Positions 27,805 through 42,299 of a stretch of 64,000 nucleotides of DNA are shown one piece after another (position 1 is the stretch's first letter; the number at the start of each line of letters is the position of its first letter). Position numbers and translations under genes: made by a program. The notes below the pieces were generated by a model. That model was given only the letters and a program-made list of their open reading frames with translations, was not told where the DNA came from and searched no databases. Source of the stretch: Girardia tigrina (lineage: Eukaryota); the NCBI GenBank assembly GCA_001938485.1, contig MQRK01179601.1, forward strand, positions 74,831 through 138,830, in the 5' to 3' direction.

Positions 27805-30733
27805 CTGTCAACATTCTATAATTTTACACTATTATTTCACAAACTATGTAGTTCCACAGAATAAATGACAAACCAAAAAAATCACAGTGTAAGTAGCGTT
27901 TATGCCACTTTCATTATTATCATATTCTAGAGCCATGATTTAACACCACAAAAATTTATTAATATAACAATTCACATTTCTAAAACAAATTTTCCTGTTA
28001 ATTTAATTTAATTATCTCGACCCAAATTAATCTATTAAATTCTTTTCGATTTAATTTTTAAAACCCTGAAAATTTATTTCGAAAATTTATTTCAAAAAAT
28101 TATATAAACTTTATTTTCAAAATCAATTTTTNNNNNNNNNNNNNNNNNNNNNNNNNNNNNNNNNNNNNNNNNNNNNNNNNNTTTAATTTTTTAAAATATT
28201 TAATAAGCAAATTAACATAAAAATATTTTACCCTTTAAATTAAAAAAATAATAAACTATTCAGGCGAGATAAAAATTTAAAATTAACCCCTCATACACAG
28301 TATTACGATCAATTTTTTTTCCTATAATTTCACAATTTTATAATTTCAATCTTAAAAAAACATAATTCCTGTAAAACTATATTTTACTATTTAAAAAAAC
28401 TGCATATTTTATTTAAAATAATAAAGTCTTGTTCTAAAAAACTGTTTTGAAATAATTTATTCTGAATTCTGAAAAGTAAATGAGTTTATTTATTGTTATT
28501 AATTTATTTTTTAGTTTATAAAAACTAATAGCCGAACACTTCCAATATGAATAATTTTGACAAATCGGAATTTTAACAAAAATCTTTTTTGTCCCAAATA
28601 ATACTTAAAAAATTGAACTTCTTGATGCGGGTATTATAGCAGCATTTAAAAGAAAATACAAAACATTTTTATAGTAGTGTCATGAAAATTACAAGCTTAA
28701 CAAAAATGCTACAAACCTTTTTAAATCAATACGATTTGTGGTAAATGCTTTTGATAAGATAAGAGAAATTACAATAAAAATTGTTGGAAACATACTGGGT
28801 TAATTTACGATAAAAAATCTTTTGATATGAACGAGAAAACTTTAAATTATCATGAAGTGAATTCAATAATTTTCGGGTCCGGTATTTCACAACCAGTGAC
28901 ATTTGAAGAATATATTTCAATTGAAAGAGAAACTGATGAACTGACACCTTTAGATAAGATTAAGAACAAAATACCAACTGAAAGATCCAAAACCTGAAAC
29001 AAGCTTCCATTTCAAGCTTTATTGAACCCGGGAAAATAATGTTGAATAAAATTTTAGAATTTATACTTTTTTATTAGGTAAAATTTTAATAAAAATCATA
29101 ATGAAAAAATTTCCCAAATGGCTAAAGTTCCTAACGATTGCTGGTCTAATGTTCGTGCTTGGAATGAAAGATTAGAACTGGTGAAACATCACCTTTTGCG
29201 TGATTGGATGTAAAAAGGAAATTTTAGACTGATTCAAAAAAAATAAAATACGAGAGCATGAATATATATAATTGTTTTATATACTCAGCTGCACTATTTT
29301 TGGCAATTTAAAGAAAATGATATGTACACAAATTTATTAATTATTTTTTGATGAAATAAGGTGTTTCAAGTTTAATTTAAGTCTATAAATACATTCATNN
29401 NNNNNNNNNNNNNNNNNNNNNNNNNNNNNNNNNNNNNNNNNNNNNNNNNNNNNNNNNNNNNNNNNNNNNNNNNNNNNNNNNNNNNNNNNNNNNNNNNAAA
29501 CAACATATATTTATTTATTATACAAATTTCCTTTTTTAACAACAACATCTATCAAACGCTTTCTATAACTAGCATAAAGATTTTTAATTAAATGTCTTTT
29601 GTATTGATTAATGTCAGTATACATGACGTCACTTTTTTTATTAAATCAGCTTTATATTGAAACTGTTCGCCATCGTATACATGATTTGATATCATGCTCC
29701 ATATGTCCTCTACCATATTAATATCCGGGCTTTTNNNNNNNNNNNNNNNNNNNNNNNNNNNNNNNNNNNNNNNNNNNNNNNNNNNNNNNNNNNNNNNNNN
29801 NNNNNNNNNNNNNNNNNNNNNNNNNNNNNNNNNNNNNNNNNNNNNNNNNNNNNNNNNNNNNNNNNNNNNNNNNNNNNNNNNNNNNNNNNNNNNNNNNNNN
29901 NNNNNNNNNNNNNNNNNNNNNNNNNNNNNNNNNNNNNNNNNNNNNNNNNNNNNNNNNNNNNNNNNNNNNNNNNNNNNNNNNNNNNNNNNNNNNNNNNNNN
30001 NNNNNNNNNNNNNNNNNNNNNNNNNNNNNNNNNNNNNNNNNNNNNNNNNNNNNNNNNNNNNNNNNNNNNNNNNNNNNNNNNNNNNNNNNNNNNNNNNNNN
30101 NNNNNNNNNNNNNNNNNNNNNNNNNNNNNNNNNNNNNNNNNNNNNNNNNNNNNNNNNNNNNNNNNNNNNNNNNNNNNNNNNNNNNNNNNNNNNNNNNNNN
30201 NNNNNNNAGCCGAAAACAAGCTTATATTTAATAAATCTCTTATTTCTTTATAAGAATGCCCATTACTTCTATATGACTTAGCCATTTGTCTGACTGAATC
30301 TGAATACATGCTATAATCATCAAAAAACATTTATTAAATGATTTCAATAAATAATAATGTGATAAAACTCACTTTAAATTGAATATTCTCAGATTATATA
30401 ATAATTGCCAAAAATAGTGACTTTTAAATTTTCGCCAAATTTCAATANNNNNNNNNNNNNNNNNNNNNNNNNNNNNNNNNNNNNNNNNNNNNNNATGAAT
30501 GTATTTATAGACTTAAATTAAACTTGAAACACCTTATTTCATCAAAAAATAATTAATAAATTTGTGTACATATCATTTTCTTTAAATTGCCAAAAATAGT
30601 GCAGCTGAGTATATCTACTCTTACAAAAACCAGGTTGGTTATATAATACAACTATCAGCTTTCTATAATTTTACATCGGTATTTTTTGGCGTTTTTTATG
30701 CACAAAAAGTATGAAATTATAGAGTGTTGACTG
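27805..30733 (+). mobile_element. Degenerate pogo-like element with nested insertions
   Basis: TIR c.gtcaaca.tctataattt at both ends, TA flanks; PNNT...LDAGIIAAFKRKY (DDE_1 motif) near 28600. Confidence 0.7.
29284..30609 (-). mobile_element. Tc1-like element
   Basis: Perfect TIRs over 110 bp (ctcagctgcactatttttggc...), TA TSD, N-terminal HTH, KSPDINMVEDIW motif; interior gapped. Confidence 0.9.
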
Positions 30734-31649
30734 TATAATCATTTGATAGAAAAGATATCATATGGAAAAATTTATCATAATTTCCACATTCCATTTATTA
30801 GTATTACCATAATTAAAAAAAATAAATTCCCTGTGTCATTTCTTTTACAATTGGTCTGAAAATTCCTTATCAAAATTAAACAAAACATCGTCTTTTATTT
30901 AAGAAAAAGAAAGTATAATGATAAATAAATCCATATCGAGAAAACTTCAAAAAATGATTTTAAACGACATAAAATATTCATTAAAAAATACAATCCGGAT
31001 CACTAGCAAAGGAAACGGAACAACTTAACAGAAATATCAACTTAGTAAAACTGATTACAAGATTTTATATTATCCTCTTAAAACAGATTTATCAGAAGGT
31101 CTTTGATACTGGTATAGTTTATTTTTCTTTATACTTTTTTTCTTTATGACAAAGTGACCAAAGAATCCTAAAACTTAAATTAAATGTAAAAAAATATTCA
31201 TTTGGTGCTACTTTCTTCTTTTGACCAAATATTTCTTGTTTTGATGATAAATATCATTCTTCTTTTTGTCTTTCTTAACTACAGTTAATTAATACTCTAC
31301 TGTTTGAAAATCTCTCATTATCGATATTTATTCTTTTATTTTATAAGATTCATAGATAAAAAAGATTTTTTAAAGAATCTATTTGTTCTATTTATTAATT
31401 AAAGTTACAAAAAATTACTATAATTGTTCCTATGAGTATACATACTTTTAAAGTTAATATTACAATTCAAACAGTCTTTACAACAATTCTTAACATCCCC
31501 TTCACTAATGGATATCCTTCCTTGTAGTGATCTAAAATTTATTTATATAAAATTAAATATATATTAAAATAAATAAATAAAAATCTTTTAAAAAATCCAT
31601 TCACAAAATTGATATTAAAAATGTAATAGACGTAACTATGAAATCAGAA

Positions 31650-33270
31650 GTAGAGGTTGGCACATTAAGCGTTTAAACGACCGTTTAAAAGTTTTCGTTT
31701 TTAGGATGTTTAAACGTTTAGCGATTTATAAACGAGTGTGTAGAAGTTATGACCTTAATTTAACATTAACGATATTAGCATCTAAACAAGGCTTTTAGTT
31801 GAGAGACCCATCTCGATATGCAGCTTACAAGTGAATTGAAGTATTGTAAAACGAATATAGAATATAAGTAGAAAAGTGGGAGACCAAGAGAAGTTAAAGG
31901 AAATCTTAAGAATATTGTCCAAAATCAAAAGAAAAACTAACAATTTTTAAATGCTTTAAACATCAGCTCTGGAACAGAGCATAATATGCACCATACCATG
32001 GAGATAGGAAGTTAAGATTGGCATGTTTGAGAAGAGACTTCAATGATTTAAAAAAGGCCACAACATTCTGCTGTAATTTGCTCTTGAATCCTGAATAATA
32101 TCACCACAGCTGACGAAACATCATTTTCCATGTGCATCCTAAAAGGCAAAAAATTATCAAAATAATGCAAACTCATGATTTACTCAGTGCATTCGCGCGG
32201 CGGAAAGTTGTGAAAATTACCATGTTTTGGGATTTGCGTGGTGTTTTTTCCAACTGATTTGGCCGACAAAGCTACCAAAATCAATTGCGAATACTACACG
32301 CGTGTTCTATACTAAGCAGGTAAGAAAAAGTTAAAGCGTTACAGTCAGGTACTGTTCTTATTCAACGACAGCGGGTCAGTACAAAAATCCACTGTAGCTA
32401 AGTTTTCTGTTAAGCAAAGTGATTTCGTGAAACTTTTTCATATTCCCTACAGCCTGGATCTAGAATTAAATGAACTTTACGGTGCCCAAATGAACTGTCC
32501 CCGAAGAAAATATACCTTAGTCCTAATGATTATCCATGAATTTAGAGAACGTTTAAACGTTTTAGAAACGTTTAATACGCTTACTCGTCGTTATTCTTCT
32601 CTGATTTTGCATTTTCTTTTCATCAATTTCAGAGTGTCTTCCAGATTTTCCTTCAACTACCACGGAGGTTGTAACGCTGAAAGTAATTAAACCAACTATA
32701 AATTGTTGAGGTGGATGGGCACTCTTGTTGGTAAACAGCTTTCGGTTCAGAAGGAACCTCTTCTCTATGTTTTCCTTGCAGAAAGAAATAGCAAATAACG
32801 CTACGGTACTATATAGTTTTCAGAGGCATTTTTCAAATATTCGCAAAATTGACTTACACAATAATGGATTATTAAAACAAAATACATTTTCTGCATCGAA
32901 ATGTGAGTTCTGGAGAGATTTAAGTGATAAGATTACATGGCTGGTTGGCTCTTTCAATCATTCTCAGAAATCAAAGGATTCAATTATTTCAGAAGCATCG
33001 AAACATCCAGATATCACAATTACCAAAATACTTTACAGTTGCTCTACCAAATGGAACAGTGAGCTTCATCAATTATAATCTGTCAATGAGCTACTGCTTG
33101 CCATCAAAATTGTTGCAGAAAATTTTTTTTCTCAAAATCTAGTCAATAAACTCCCAGATGAAGAAGAGATTGAACAATTGAGGACAATGATTGAACTATT
33201 GAAAAAATTTGAAGAACCCTCCAACCTTGCAAGTGCAAGGAACGAGTTCTCTATAGTCCATGTTGTTACG
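31650..33270 (+). mobile_element. hAT remnant with a nested mariner remnant (~31800-32500)
   Basis: TAGAGGT end with cgtttaaacg subterminal repeats; hAT-like SCSTKWNS; nested TADETS, MFWDLRGV, HIPYSLDL mariner motifs. Confidence 0.55.
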
Positions 33271-33599
33271 AATTGATCGAATATTTGTATAAATTTAATT
33301 TTTTTTGTTGTTAAAAGAAAAAATCTTTATATATATATATATTTATAAAATTATTTTGATAATTGTAATTAAAAAGGAAAAAAAATAAATTGTAAAAAAA
33401 TCGTTCGATTCTGGAAAAAATCTAGTTAAATTGTAATATTTTATTTTGAGATTAAAAAATGATATTTTTTATAATTTTAAAACTCAAAAAAATGACCTTG
33501 AGTTTTGTTTTGTTGTGTTGAATTGAATGACCTGTAAATACGACAGAGGTTTGATTGTAGATGAAAATAAATTCTATACATGACGTTATCGTTTTCAAT

Positions 33600-34285
33600 T
33601 GATTAAAAAAGTGAATTTCTTTTCTGGATACTGAATTGTGCTAATCGCGATGTTAAAAAAGACCGCAAATATTAAAATTATAAAAACAATGAATGATACG
33701 ATTTTCGATGCGCTGAGTCTTGTCGTCGATATTATCAAACTCGTATCGATTTTAAATCGAAATTTGATTAGAAATAATCAAATAAACGGCGCAGTGTTTC
33801 TGTGTGATCGGCGAATAGAGAATTGTTCTAATAAGATTGGTTTTTACAAAGCGAAATGTGAATCAATCAATTTGAAAATCGATACAAAAATGGTTAAAGT
33901 ATTCTGTGAAAGATTTGAAAGATTTAACGACAAATCGAATTCGATAAACATTATTTTTCAAACGCTTCATCCATTCAAATCGTCATCGACTAAATACACG
34001 AAAAGCATCAGATATAATGCAATCGATTGTCCGGCCGGATTATTGGCGTCGATCGCCAACAACGATGTGAATTTCTGCAAAATCTCCTCGAACGAGAGAG
34101 CGAGTGTTGAATCGATCGACTTGAAAGACAAACTCGTGAGTGTCGATCCGATTTTCTCGATCAGATTCCGGTTGAGTATCGCTTGGATCGAGTTCAGTTG
34201 CAATGGATCGATTCTGCTGGTTGCCTTGGTAACCGATGATGGTCGATTGGTGACTGTCGGGCTGTTCCGTGTCGAGAGATAGCTG
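33600..34285 (-). pseudogene. Unidentified host-like gene fragment joined to a gypsy integrase end
   Basis: TCGA-rich coding-like frame with scattered stops; abrupt composition change near 34285. Confidence 0.35.
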
Positions 34286-35690
34286 CAACACTCTGTCTGC
34301 AACTTCAAAAACTCTTCTTGTCTCCACATTTTGTTCGACATTAACTTGGTTTCCGTTAGTTTCTTTATTGTTCTTCCACCAATGTCTTAATCGTCTCCCA
34401 AATATTATTTCAGCCGGTGAAACACGTCGTAGCTTGAACTGTACTATTCAACATAAATTCTATTTCCGATAAAACTTCTGTCCAATCTCTGTGGTTTCCG
34501 TTCTTCATTCTAATATTTATAGCATCTCTGATTGTTTGAAATTGTCTTTCCACTATTCTATATGTATTATGATGATATGGACTTGAATAGATTATCTCGA
34601 CTTTGAACCTTTTAACTGTATCTTTGAACAAAGCCGATTCAAATAATTTTCCTCTATCAACATGGATTTCTTTTTGAGGTCCATAATTTCCATATTCATT
34701 TGTCCAATATCACTCTACGAACTGTTTCTTCATCTTGACTAGCAACTGCATTCAGACTAATATATCTACTGTATTGGTCTACTATTGCAAGTACGTATTG
34801 ATATCCGTTTATGTTTCTTTTGAATGGTCCACAGAAGTCCATGTATATTTTCTGGAAAGGTTCATCTGCCGACAATTTTATATGTTTTTCTTTCATTTTC
34901 TCTGTCAATGTCTTACTATTTTGACAATTTAAACAACTTTGGACCATTTCTTTAATGAAATTCCTCATATTTTCCATGTCAGAATCTTCTCGAAGATGGC
35001 ACAACAGCTTGTGCATCTCATCAATAAAATCTGTTCGTTTTTCTTTTGGAATCCACTATTTATTGTCCTGAGCTGCCACGATGTCATTTTTTAGTGTCCA
35101 TTTCTTCGTTTTCCCTTTTCTGATATCTTCAACAATTTGTTTTATTTCTTCATTATTCTTTTGCCATTTAAAACCCTCTGACTCTTCGTTCAATGCAATA
35201 ATTCTCGTCTTGATCTTTCCTTTCTTGGCTTCTTCATGAATCGTCGGACATTGGCTACACAATTCGCAAGAATTTCTAAACACCGGGTCGGCATTTGAAT
35301 GTATCTCACCTTTCCGATATTCTTTTGTCATGTCAAGACCACTAAGAAAATTTATCCATGTTTGAAACTATGGTGTAATAGCGTTTTTCGTAGTCATCAT
35401 AAAAGTGATAGCTTTTATGATCCGTTCGTAACAAAAATCTTTTCCCATACAAAAATGTTTAAAATGTTGAGTGAAATAATAAATTGCAAGCAGTTCTTTC
35501 CTTGTAATGCAATAACCAAGTTCATGTTTATTCATTTTATGGGAACCATATGCAATTACTCTTTCTCTTCCACATATGTCTTTCTGTGATATCACCGCTC
35601 CTATTGAATCAAAACTTGCATCTGTACTCGTTTGGGATGCCTTTTGTTTCAATTTAACGGATGATATAAAAGAAATTTTAACATCCACCG
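34286..35690 (-). mobile_element. Ty3/gypsy pol remnant (RNase H-integrase)
   Basis: TDAS...YGSH...YCITRKELLA, HSNAD, CLNCQ, MDFCGP, VDQYSR, SSPYHH...VER. Confidence 0.9.
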
Positions 35691-35991
35691 TAACTAATGT
35701 GGTATGTATTAACTTTGGACATATTTAACGAACCCGTATTTTAAATGAATTGAAGATTAGATATAATTTGAATACCTGGTGAAGGTGCAAAGCATTTACA
35801 GCTTGCTGACGTTTGATGGAATTCTTCATTTAAACAGAAATAATGTGAATTTTCTGTGAATTACCCTCCTAAATATGATAGAACGTCATTTATTATAATG
35901 TTACATTTATATGAGCGTCGTTTAATCGAGGAAATACGGTAATAAATGGCTTATTGTAATCACAGAGGATCGAACCATGAGTATATATATA

Positions 35992-37059
35992 CAGGGTGTC
36001 CCAAAAATATGTATACACATTAAAAATTTAATTTTATTGAATTTTATTGAATTTTATTTATGTTTAACTTTCATTATATTTAATATAAATAGTTTTTTTN
36101 NNNNNNNNNNNNNNNNNNNNNNNNNNNNNNNNNNNNNNNNNNNNNNNNNNNNNNNNNNNNNNNNNNNNNNNNNNNNNNNNNNNNNNNNNNNNNNNNNNNN
36201 NNNNNNNNNNNNNNNNNNNNNNNNNNNNNNNNNNNNNNNNNNNNNNNNNNNNNNNNNNNNNNNNNNNNNNNNNNNNNNNNNNNNNNNNNNNNNNNNNNNN
36301 NNNNNNNNNNNNNNNNNNNNNNNNNNNNNNNNNNNNNNNNNNNNNNNNNNNNNNNNNNNNNNNNNNNNNNNNNNNNNNNNNNNNNNNNNNNNNNNNNNNN
36401 NNNNNNNNNNNNNNNNNNNNNNNNNNNNNNNNNNNNNNNNNNNNNNNNNNNNNNNNNNNNNNNNNNNNNNNNNNNNNNNNNNNNNNNNNNNNNNNNNNNN
36501 NNNNNNNNNNNNNNNNNNNNNNNNNNNNNNNNNNNNNNNNNNNNNNNNNNNNNNNNNNNNNNNNNNNNNNNNNNNNNNNNNNNNNNNNNNNNNNNNNNNN
36601 NNNNNNNNNNNNNNNNNNNNNNNNNNNNNNNNNNNNNNNNNNNNNNNNNNNNNNNNNNNNNNNNNNNNNACCATCGCGATGTTCGTTCCTTTCTGGATGA
36701 GCTCTTGCCAAACAGGTGGATTGGACGAAGAGGTTTTGTTGAATATCCTCCCCGTTCACCAGACCTAACACCACTAGATTTTTTCTTACTTAAATGACAA
36801 AGTCTACGCTAAGAAACCTGCAACAATCGCTGAATTGAGAGAAGCAATTGAACATGAATGCAGCAAAATACCAAGGGAAATGTTTGTTGATGTGTGCGAT
36901 TCCATTGCTTCGCGTTGTTAGAAGTGTCTGGATCAAGATGGATTTCAGTTTGAGAACAAACTGTGAACAATATAAATAAATATTACTCGTACTTATTTTT
37001 ACTTTTTTAATCAATAAAATTAAATTTTTAATGTGTATACATATTTTTGGGACACCCTG
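35992..37059 (+). mobile_element. Tc1/mariner-superfamily element (maT/DD37D-like)
   Basis: Perfect TIR cagggtgtcccaaaaatatgtatacac..., TA TSD; PRSPDLT and VYAKKPATIAELREAI...DGFQFE C-terminus. Confidence 0.85.
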
Positions 37060-39114
37060 TATATATATATATAAGTAGTTACTTGAAACAGATATTTAGA
37101 AGCGTACATTTAAATTTACAACATTTATAAAATAAAATTCCTAAAATATATCAAACATCTACACAAAAAGAATATCAGTCATATCACAATTAATAATGAT
37201 TCTTGACAAAAATAATTATTTTTTTACAATAAGTTATGCTACATTCTCATTTAAATAATTCGCTCATATTTTTAAACATTACTTTCAAAAAATGAATATT
37301 TATAATTGAGGCAATAAAATATACGAATAAATAAATGATAAATTACCTATATGTAATTAATTTTGAAATTTTTTTTATTTCAAATATAAATAATTCTTTT
37401 TTTTATTGTTTAGAAAATATTTAGGAATGTTCAAATTTTCAATAAAAATGAAACTTGGTAATCTCTTTTGAATTTGTTAAACAATTTCTTGAAAATGAAT
37501 AATAACTATAATTAAAAGATATAAACAAGATAATTATTACATTTCAGTTGTAAATTTGAAAATATAATTTTTCTAAAGAAAAAGAGAAGTTAATACTTAT
37601 TTTTTTATAATATAAAAATATATTTTATTTGATTATATTAAAGAAATAGTACAGAATAATTTTCTTTAAAATCAATTTTTAATTATTTATTTTATATTTT
37701 TTTTGTTTTAAATGCTTCTACCTTTTTATATAGACTTTAAGATTTGTAAATAATTTTTATTTATTTTTTTATAATTTTAGAAATTTAAACGGAATGCGTT
37801 TCTTAAGATTTCACATTTATTTATAAATTACAGATTTAAGAAGTATAGTAATTTATAGGAAAGGAAGGAAGTTAGTTGTATTTTCAGATTTCTCATATAT
37901 TCATAATAGGACATGAAACGAAATAACCGATTTGATTTCCTTAGTTTTCTTTCATAAAAATATAAATTATTTACCTTTAACTTGATAATTTATTGATCTG
38001 TTTATTTATTGTAAAAAAATGTCAGTTTTTGTAAATTTTGTAAAAAATTTTTTTTAATTAATAATATCTAATTAAATTGTTAAGAATTAAAAAACTTTGA
38101 GAAAATTTAAAATAAAATATATAAATTAAAATGTTTTTTTTTTCAAAAGTGTAATAATTTATAAAAATAAATAAAATTAAACGAAATCAATAACGAATGT
38201 AAATGCTGTTATAATTTAAAAGTAGAAAATTTGTTAAAGATTATTAGTAGAGTATGATAAGAGATTTGTCAATTAATAAAATTTCACGAAATGATTAAAT
38301 ATTTGATAATGTTATCATAATTTAAAATTGATAAAATTTATTACATGCAAAATTTATAAAATAAAATATTAATATTATAACTATTTTTATTTATACCGGT
38401 TTAAGATTTATAAAATAAATTGTTTCTCAAAAAATAAGTTAGTTTAAATATTACTTTTAAGTATTATTTTTTTTATTGATAATAAAATTTTAATGTCGAA
38501 AATAACTTGTAACTATAATTCTGAAGATATTCCTAATCATCTCTTAACAAATGATTTGTCACCCATCTTGCTTTCACTTTTTATGAAGTCGTATCTATCA
38601 TGAAAATATTTTTATTGTCTCCTTGAAAGAAAAATTTAAGAACATATGTCATTATTATTTTATTTAGAATCAATTCATTAATAATAATTAAGAAATGTTA
38701 ATAATTGAATTTAAAAATAATGAATTGATTTTTTAAATTATTGATTCAAAAACAAACCTATTAAAAGCAGAATATATTCAAATAATTTTATAATTTAAAT
38801 ATTGTTTGTGTCATTAAATAAAGTATTTTTATCAATATTTATTTATTTCGGTATATAAAATAAAAAATTTAAATATTTTAGATTTTGAACTTTCATCTTC
38901 AGAATTTTGAGTCCCAATTAGTGTATTTGTTGTTTTCAATGTTAATAATAAATTTTATATTGTCTTACTGATTTTTTCAATTTTCAGAACAACTATTATT
39001 TATCAATTAATAAAAATATTTTTTTGAATTCAATTGTCCCATATTCGAGAAATAAGACAATTTGTAATCTGATATAACAGAAACTAAAGTTAAATTTATA
39101 ATATAATAATAATA

Positions 39115-39140
<26 letters not shown>

Positions 39141-39147
<7 letters not shown>

Positions 39148-39582
39148 AGCATCACAATTTGAATGTAAGCATTTATTGACAACACAAATAGATTCTTCAC
39201 AACAATTTTCAGGGGTCATCTTTCTTTGATTGATATAGTTTTTGATTAAATATTTAAATATGAAAAAACAATGAAAGAGAAAGTTTTTAATATTAATTTT
39301 TAATTTCTTAAATTTTATTGGATGAAAAGGCATTACGTAATTTTTAAATTAACATTAATTTTTAAAATATATTAAATTTAATAAGTTAAAATCGTTTACT
39401 AAAATATTATTAAAATTCATAATTATAAAACTTTAATTAATTAGTTCTTAAAATTATTATCATTAGATTCAAATAATAAATCAATAAACATATCAATCCC
39501 ATCCGAGTAGGAGAGTCACAAATCAAAACAGCATACAAACAACAAACTTACAACATTACAAACTTACAAATTATTCCTCACA
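39141..39582 (-). mobile_element. Diverged solo LTR in a (TAA)n tract
   Basis: Minus-strand TGTGAGGAATA start, shared ccatc.g.gtaggagag motif, end ...gctgttaata. Confidence 0.55.
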
Positions 39583-39601
39583 ATAATAATAATGATTGAT
39601 G

Positions 39602-40183
39602 CGGTAGCGCAGTGGAAGCGCATTAATTTGTTTGACATCATCCCCTTACGAAGCGCCAAAGACAGGAGGTTGTATTAATGGATTTTATCATAACGTTTAT
39701 CATAATTGTAATAATTATAATTTAAATATTTATATAGAAATACACATTCGTATTCATCACTGATTTTTTAATCACTGTTACATCCTCGTCAATGATCAAT
39801 TTCTCATGAAACAGATTTCTGACACCAATTCAATTTTTTTTCAATTTTGCCGTTTACACTCCCAATCAATCCGGTAAGTAAAAAGGAATTGGGTTTACAC
39901 TCGAGTCAGGAATATATTCTGTAAATTGAGAATAAACATTGTCTTTAACATCAACATCATTGTTGAAATTCTTTGTATTTTTATCCATAAATCAATAAAT
40001 AGAAAGACAATGATTAAAAAATCTGTGATGAGTACGAATGTGTATTTCTATATAAATATTTTAATTATAATTTTTACAATTATGATAAACGTTATGATAA
40101 AATCCATTAATACAACCTCCTGTCTTTGGCGCTTCATAAGGGGATGATGTCAAACAAATTAATGCGCTTCCACTGCGCTTCCG
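39602..40183. repeat. 177-bp inverted repeat with a 228-bp spacer and tRNA-like head
   Basis: Arms 39602-39778 and 40007-40183 are near-perfect reverse complements; the head GGTAGCGCAGTGGAAGCGC is A-box-like. Confidence 0.9.
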
Positions 40184-40420
40184 AATATTTTATCGATTCT
40201 TTATGAGAAATTTCCTGTTAAATATATGTGCGGAGTTTTCGTATTAAAAATTTTATATTATTAAAAAACCGGTAATTTGAAAAAATAAAAATATACATAA
40301 TAATATATAAATACATACGCATAAATATATATAAGTATAGTATTGTTTTATTTTTATTAGAAAAAAACTAATTCGAAGAATATTTTAATCTTTTTCTTTA
40401 ATTAGAAAAACCAAATTTAA

Positions 40421-41440
40421 CAATAATAATAATAATAATAACTGACAACCAGAGATCAAAAAGTAAAATCGCTTGTCTCAAAGATACAATGCAATAAAAA
40501 CTATTATAGGAGAATCTGATATTAATTTTTAGAATTTAATAAATCTCAAAAAGGAGAAAGGAAATAGTATAAATGACTCTGAGTAGATGGTGTTTTTGTT
40601 TTTGCTATGATAAAGTGTAAACCTCGGTGGAAAATTGTCCCTTTCAGACACCTTGTATCATATGTGATACGAGCTTTCTTAGTGCTGTAGTTTGGAAGTA
40701 AAAATAATTTGACCCAAATGAACACTGTGTATCATTTCTAAAAAGCTTTGCAAATATTTTCAAACAAAATATGCATCATAACATCCTCACGATGTGACAC
40801 AAAAGACATTTGTGTGGAGACATGGTGGAGACAGTCGTCGGAGTAAATGTGCGTTCAGTGTTTTTTGAAGATTTTTTCCTAAAAAAAGTGATTTTTTGTT
40901 TGAAATTTCGATCTTACTGAAAATAAATTGAACTGATCTTGAAACTGATTTACAGAGGACCATAAGAAATAAAACTTTTTTATGTATAAACTCGTTTCAC
41001 TGCTTTCTACATTTCGGAACATTTACAGTCTTTTCGTCACTATGTATCATATATTATACATCCTATATTTTCTTTACGACTGGATACAAAAATTGTAAAA
41101 CTGCGCTATTGAAAAACCTCTTATCAACTACAAAACATATTTAAAATAAATATTCATGAGGAAAATAATTCCTTACACAAAGGGTTAAATTGAATAATAA
41201 AAAAGAGAAACTCAGATTCTAAACATCATATATATGAGGCTCTCGATATCACTTAAGTTTTCAATCTGACCCTCCATAGTAAATGTCTTTCCATCTGTGA
41301 TTTATGATAACCTTTGATTAAATTAGTTATATTCATTATTTAATGAATAAAAATGTTAATTTGTTTTTGTAATTATTTAAAATATACAAATTACGTCAAC
41401 CGATTTTAATGAAAATCTAATAAATTTTCCATGGTTTAAT
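40421..41440 (-). mobile_element. 3' end of a LINE with (TTA)n tail, copy 2
   Basis: Aligns with 13941-14880; CCHC remnant. Confidence 0.6.
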
Positions 41441-42299
41441 TTTATGTTCAATAAAAAATTATTTAGGCATAAATAAACAGTCAAATATTTTTTTATCAAA
41501 CTAAACCGAAGAATTTTCTTTTAATTTTTTTTCGGTGGTCGAGGAATTCAATTGAAAGAAGAAAAAATCCATTAAGATAATTATTGCTTTTTAAATTAAA
41601 TATTGTCTTTTTATATCATAAATTTTATTTTGGCAATAAATTTTTCTTTTGCCAAATTTCATCTTCGGTCATCATGTAAACAGATAGAAAGAAACTTAGA
41701 AAGCATTTCATCAAAGACATAACTTTGGGTTTTAAATCGTTAAATTGTCATAATTTTCCTAAACGTAATTTTCCATTATTAGAAATTAATAATGAATCTT
41801 TATCAGGAACTGTCTTTCATTTAATTTTAATCTTAATTTTCCTGTTATCCTCTTGCTACTTCAGTTGATTCTTAATAGCATCCTTCAATGTTAATTGATA
41901 GTTATCATGATACTTGTCATATATTAGTAATTATACAATCAACCGTGTCACTGATACTTCATTATATTATAATTTATAATTATAAAAAGTTAAAACTCTA
42001 TCAGGAAATAAGAGACAGAATAAAGTTATTATTCGTTCATTAAAATACAAAGAACAAAAAAGCAATTATCAATAATTGACAAATTAGATTCTGTAAATTA
42101 ATATAAAAATATTTTTTTATAAATATATTTTCAAATATTTATGTTCAAAAAATACTGTAAAAAATATTATATTTTATTACAATATTTATGGTACGTGAAA
42201 ATACAACTACATTTGAATAATGTAGGTTTAAGTAGCAACTGAAAGTAAATTACCAATGTTATTTTGTTTACTATGTTTCATCCTTTTAAAAAATAGTTT

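Noticed and set aside
33638-34282. 214-aa plus-strand ORF
   Set aside because: No ATG start or recognisable domain; probably the antisense shadow of a coding-like minus strand, though the strand is not certain.
39602-39680. tRNA gene
   Set aside because: A-box only; no T-arm/B box or cloverleaf.
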